This document shows, piece by piece, positions 61,924 to 64,000 of a DNA stretch of 64,000 nucleotides; within the stretch, counting starts at the first letter, position 1; the number at the start of each line of letters is the position of its first letter. Origin of the DNA: Strigamia acuminata (Eukaryota). The stretch is taken from contig OX442314.1 in assembly GCA_949358305.1 (NCBI GenBank), forward strand, positions 9,920,001 through 9,984,000, in the 5' to 3' direction. A program made the translations under genes and the position numbers. Below the pieces are notes generated by a model that made no database searches, was not told the DNA's origin, and saw only the letters and a program-made list of their open reading frames with translations.

Positions 61924-62678
61924 GTACGGTGCAGTTCGAAATCTCATGGGCGACGGCTTCGCGCAGCGGTCGAGCAACACTTCCGCCGTAGCGGCATATC
62001 TCCGCAACGTTCGATCTGACGCCGAACTCACCTCCGCGTCACCGCATTCGGACGGCCCGAACCCAGACGCAGCGCATTCCATCGACGACAACGACTGCAG
62101 CAAAAGACCCGCCGAATTACCAATCAAAGCGAAGCCGCTGACCATCAAGAAGAACTCCGGCGTGGATCCCCCAAAACTCAAAGTGCTTTCATCGCCCAAT
62201 TCGAACGGCACAACGCCGCCGCCGCCCTCGCCGTATCCGCGCAAATCGTCGCCGCCTCTGGACGGTTCGGGCGGCGAGGACGCCAAGTCGGCGCCCAACG
62301 TGCACGTGAGCATCAACAGGCGCATCGAGATGCCGCCCGCGTTTCTGTTCCCCGAAAACGAGGCGCCGCCGCCGGATTTGAATTTGAATTTGAGCGAATC
62401 GAGTTGCGTTAACGAAGGGTCCAAGACCGATATTCCGGATAACGTTTTGCCGTTGATGGACGCGAATAAGATCCGTTTGGCCACCGACGCGGGTCCCAAG
62501 GACCATTTGGAGGATAATGTGACTGTTATTCATATTATGGACACTGATAGGGGGTTGGAGAGGGAGAAAGTGGCGACGGATGCTAATGAGGAGTCGACCG
62601 AGTCGAATAACAAGAAGAATACGGATGCGCTGCATGTGAATGTCGCTGAAACCATCGAAATTTGTAATTATGTTTTAG
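61924..62678 (+). CDS. ASPP: ASPP Pro-rich exon (LPIKAKPLTIKK, VSINRRIEMPPAFLFPE); 3' end uncertain (62663 or 62678)
   Basis: CCCTTAG acceptor in phase 2; both candidate donors are phase 1, as the next exon requires. Confidence 0.8.
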
Positions 62679-62719
62679 GTTATTACGAAAGTTTTGCACT
62701 TTTTTTTTGTTGTAATTTT

Positions 62720-63600
62720 TGCAGTTTGGTGACATTTATTGTGATTTGTTGCAATTTTACTGACATTTTTGCAATATTATTACAATTTTTCAGACATTTT
62801 TGCAATTTTGTTGCAATTTTGGCAATTTTACTGACATTTTTGGGAATTTAATTGCATTTTTGGGAATTTTATTGCATTTTTACTGACATTTTTGCAATTT
62901 TATTGTAATTTAGGCAATTTATCTGACATTTTTGCAATTTTGGCATTTTTACTGACATTTTTGCAATTTTGGCATTTTTACTTACATTTTTGCAATTTCT
63001 ATGCATTTTTGGCAATTATATTGCAATTTTACTGACATTTTTGCAATTTTATTGCAATTTTACTGACATTTTTGCAATTTTATTGCAATTTTACTGACAT
63101 TTTTGCAATTTTATTGCAATTTTACTGACATTTTTGCAATTTTATTGCAATTTTACTGACATTTTTGCAATTTTATTGCAATTTTACTGACATTTTTGCA
63201 ATTTTATTGCAATTTTGGCAATTTTACTGACATTTTTGCAATTTTACTGACTTTTTGCAATTTTACTGACATTTTTGCAATTTTATTGTAATTTTGGCAA
63301 TTTTATTGTAATTTTGGCAATTTTATTGCAATTTTACAGACATTTTAATTTTACTGACATTTTTGCAATTTTACTGACATTTTTGCAATTTTATTACAAT
63401 TTTGGCAATATTATTGCAATTTTGACAATATTGTTGCAAATTTGGCAATATTGTTGCAATTTTGGCAATATTGTTGCAAATTTGGCAATATTGTTGCAAA
63501 TTTGGCAATATTGTTGCAAATTTGGCAATTTGATTGCAATTTTGTTGCAATTTTGGCAATTTTATTGCAATTTCAATTTTTTACAACATTTTGCAGATGT
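62720..63600. repeat. Minisatellite (TTGCAATTTTACTGACATTT)
   Basis: 11/20/31-bp tandem units. Confidence 0.9.
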
Positions 63601-63642
63601 ATTTATTAAGTTAATTAATTTTAAATTAAATTAATTTTTCAG

Positions 63643-63991
63643 GCGAGGAGTCGCCGCTAGCGAGCAGTCCAGAGGGCAGCAACGACAGCCAGCCCGTGAC
63701 AATCTCGCGCCTATCCATGAGCAAAGCCTACAAAACGAACCTGAAATCCAAGGAGAAAACGAGGATCGCGCGCCGAGTCAGCTTCGACCCGCTCGCTCTG
63801 CTTCTCGACGCATCTCTCGAAGGGGAGTTGGAGTTGGTCAAGAAAACTGCTCGCGAGGTGCCCAACCCGAGCGCCGCCAACGACGAGGGCATCACGGCCT
63901 TGCACAACGCCATCTGCGCCGGCCACTACGAGATCATCAAGTTCCTCGTCGAGTACGGCTGCGACGTGAACGCGCAAGACAGCGACGGGTG
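63643..63991 (+). CDS. ASPP: ASPP exon with PP1-docking RVxF motif and first ankyrin repeats
   Basis: Translates to [64 protein letters not shown] acceptor, TG|GTGCGT donor. Confidence 0.96.
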
Positions 63992-64000
63992 GTGCGTCAA

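Overview
Eukaryotic (invertebrate animal, probably arthropod) genomic DNA with no prokaryotic features. The window lies mostly within a + strand ASPP-family gene (TP53BP2/PPP1R13B-like). Its phase-consistent coding exons are 10150-10211 (probable), 53871-53954, 57541-57730, 57842-58026, 58985-59812, 60569-60981, 61924-~62678 and 63643-63991; the last carries RVSF plus ankyrin repeats, and the gene runs off the right edge. Four candidate alternative first coding exons lie at 7211, 43215, 47593 and 50516. The non-coding DNA holds a rearranged tandem Ty3/gypsy element (1-3576), many MITEs including a triple-nested set, a 1-kb palindrome with tRNA-like heads, a decayed 18S rRNA fragment and many minisatellites. 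The most unusual object is a young, complete LTR element (24968-31866) with 1116-bp LTRs, a 4-bp TSD, PBS and PPT. Its whole interior is one intact 1455-aa ORF in which I can recognise no gag, protease, RT, RNase H, integrase or env motif. All calls were made by eye; no database searches were run.
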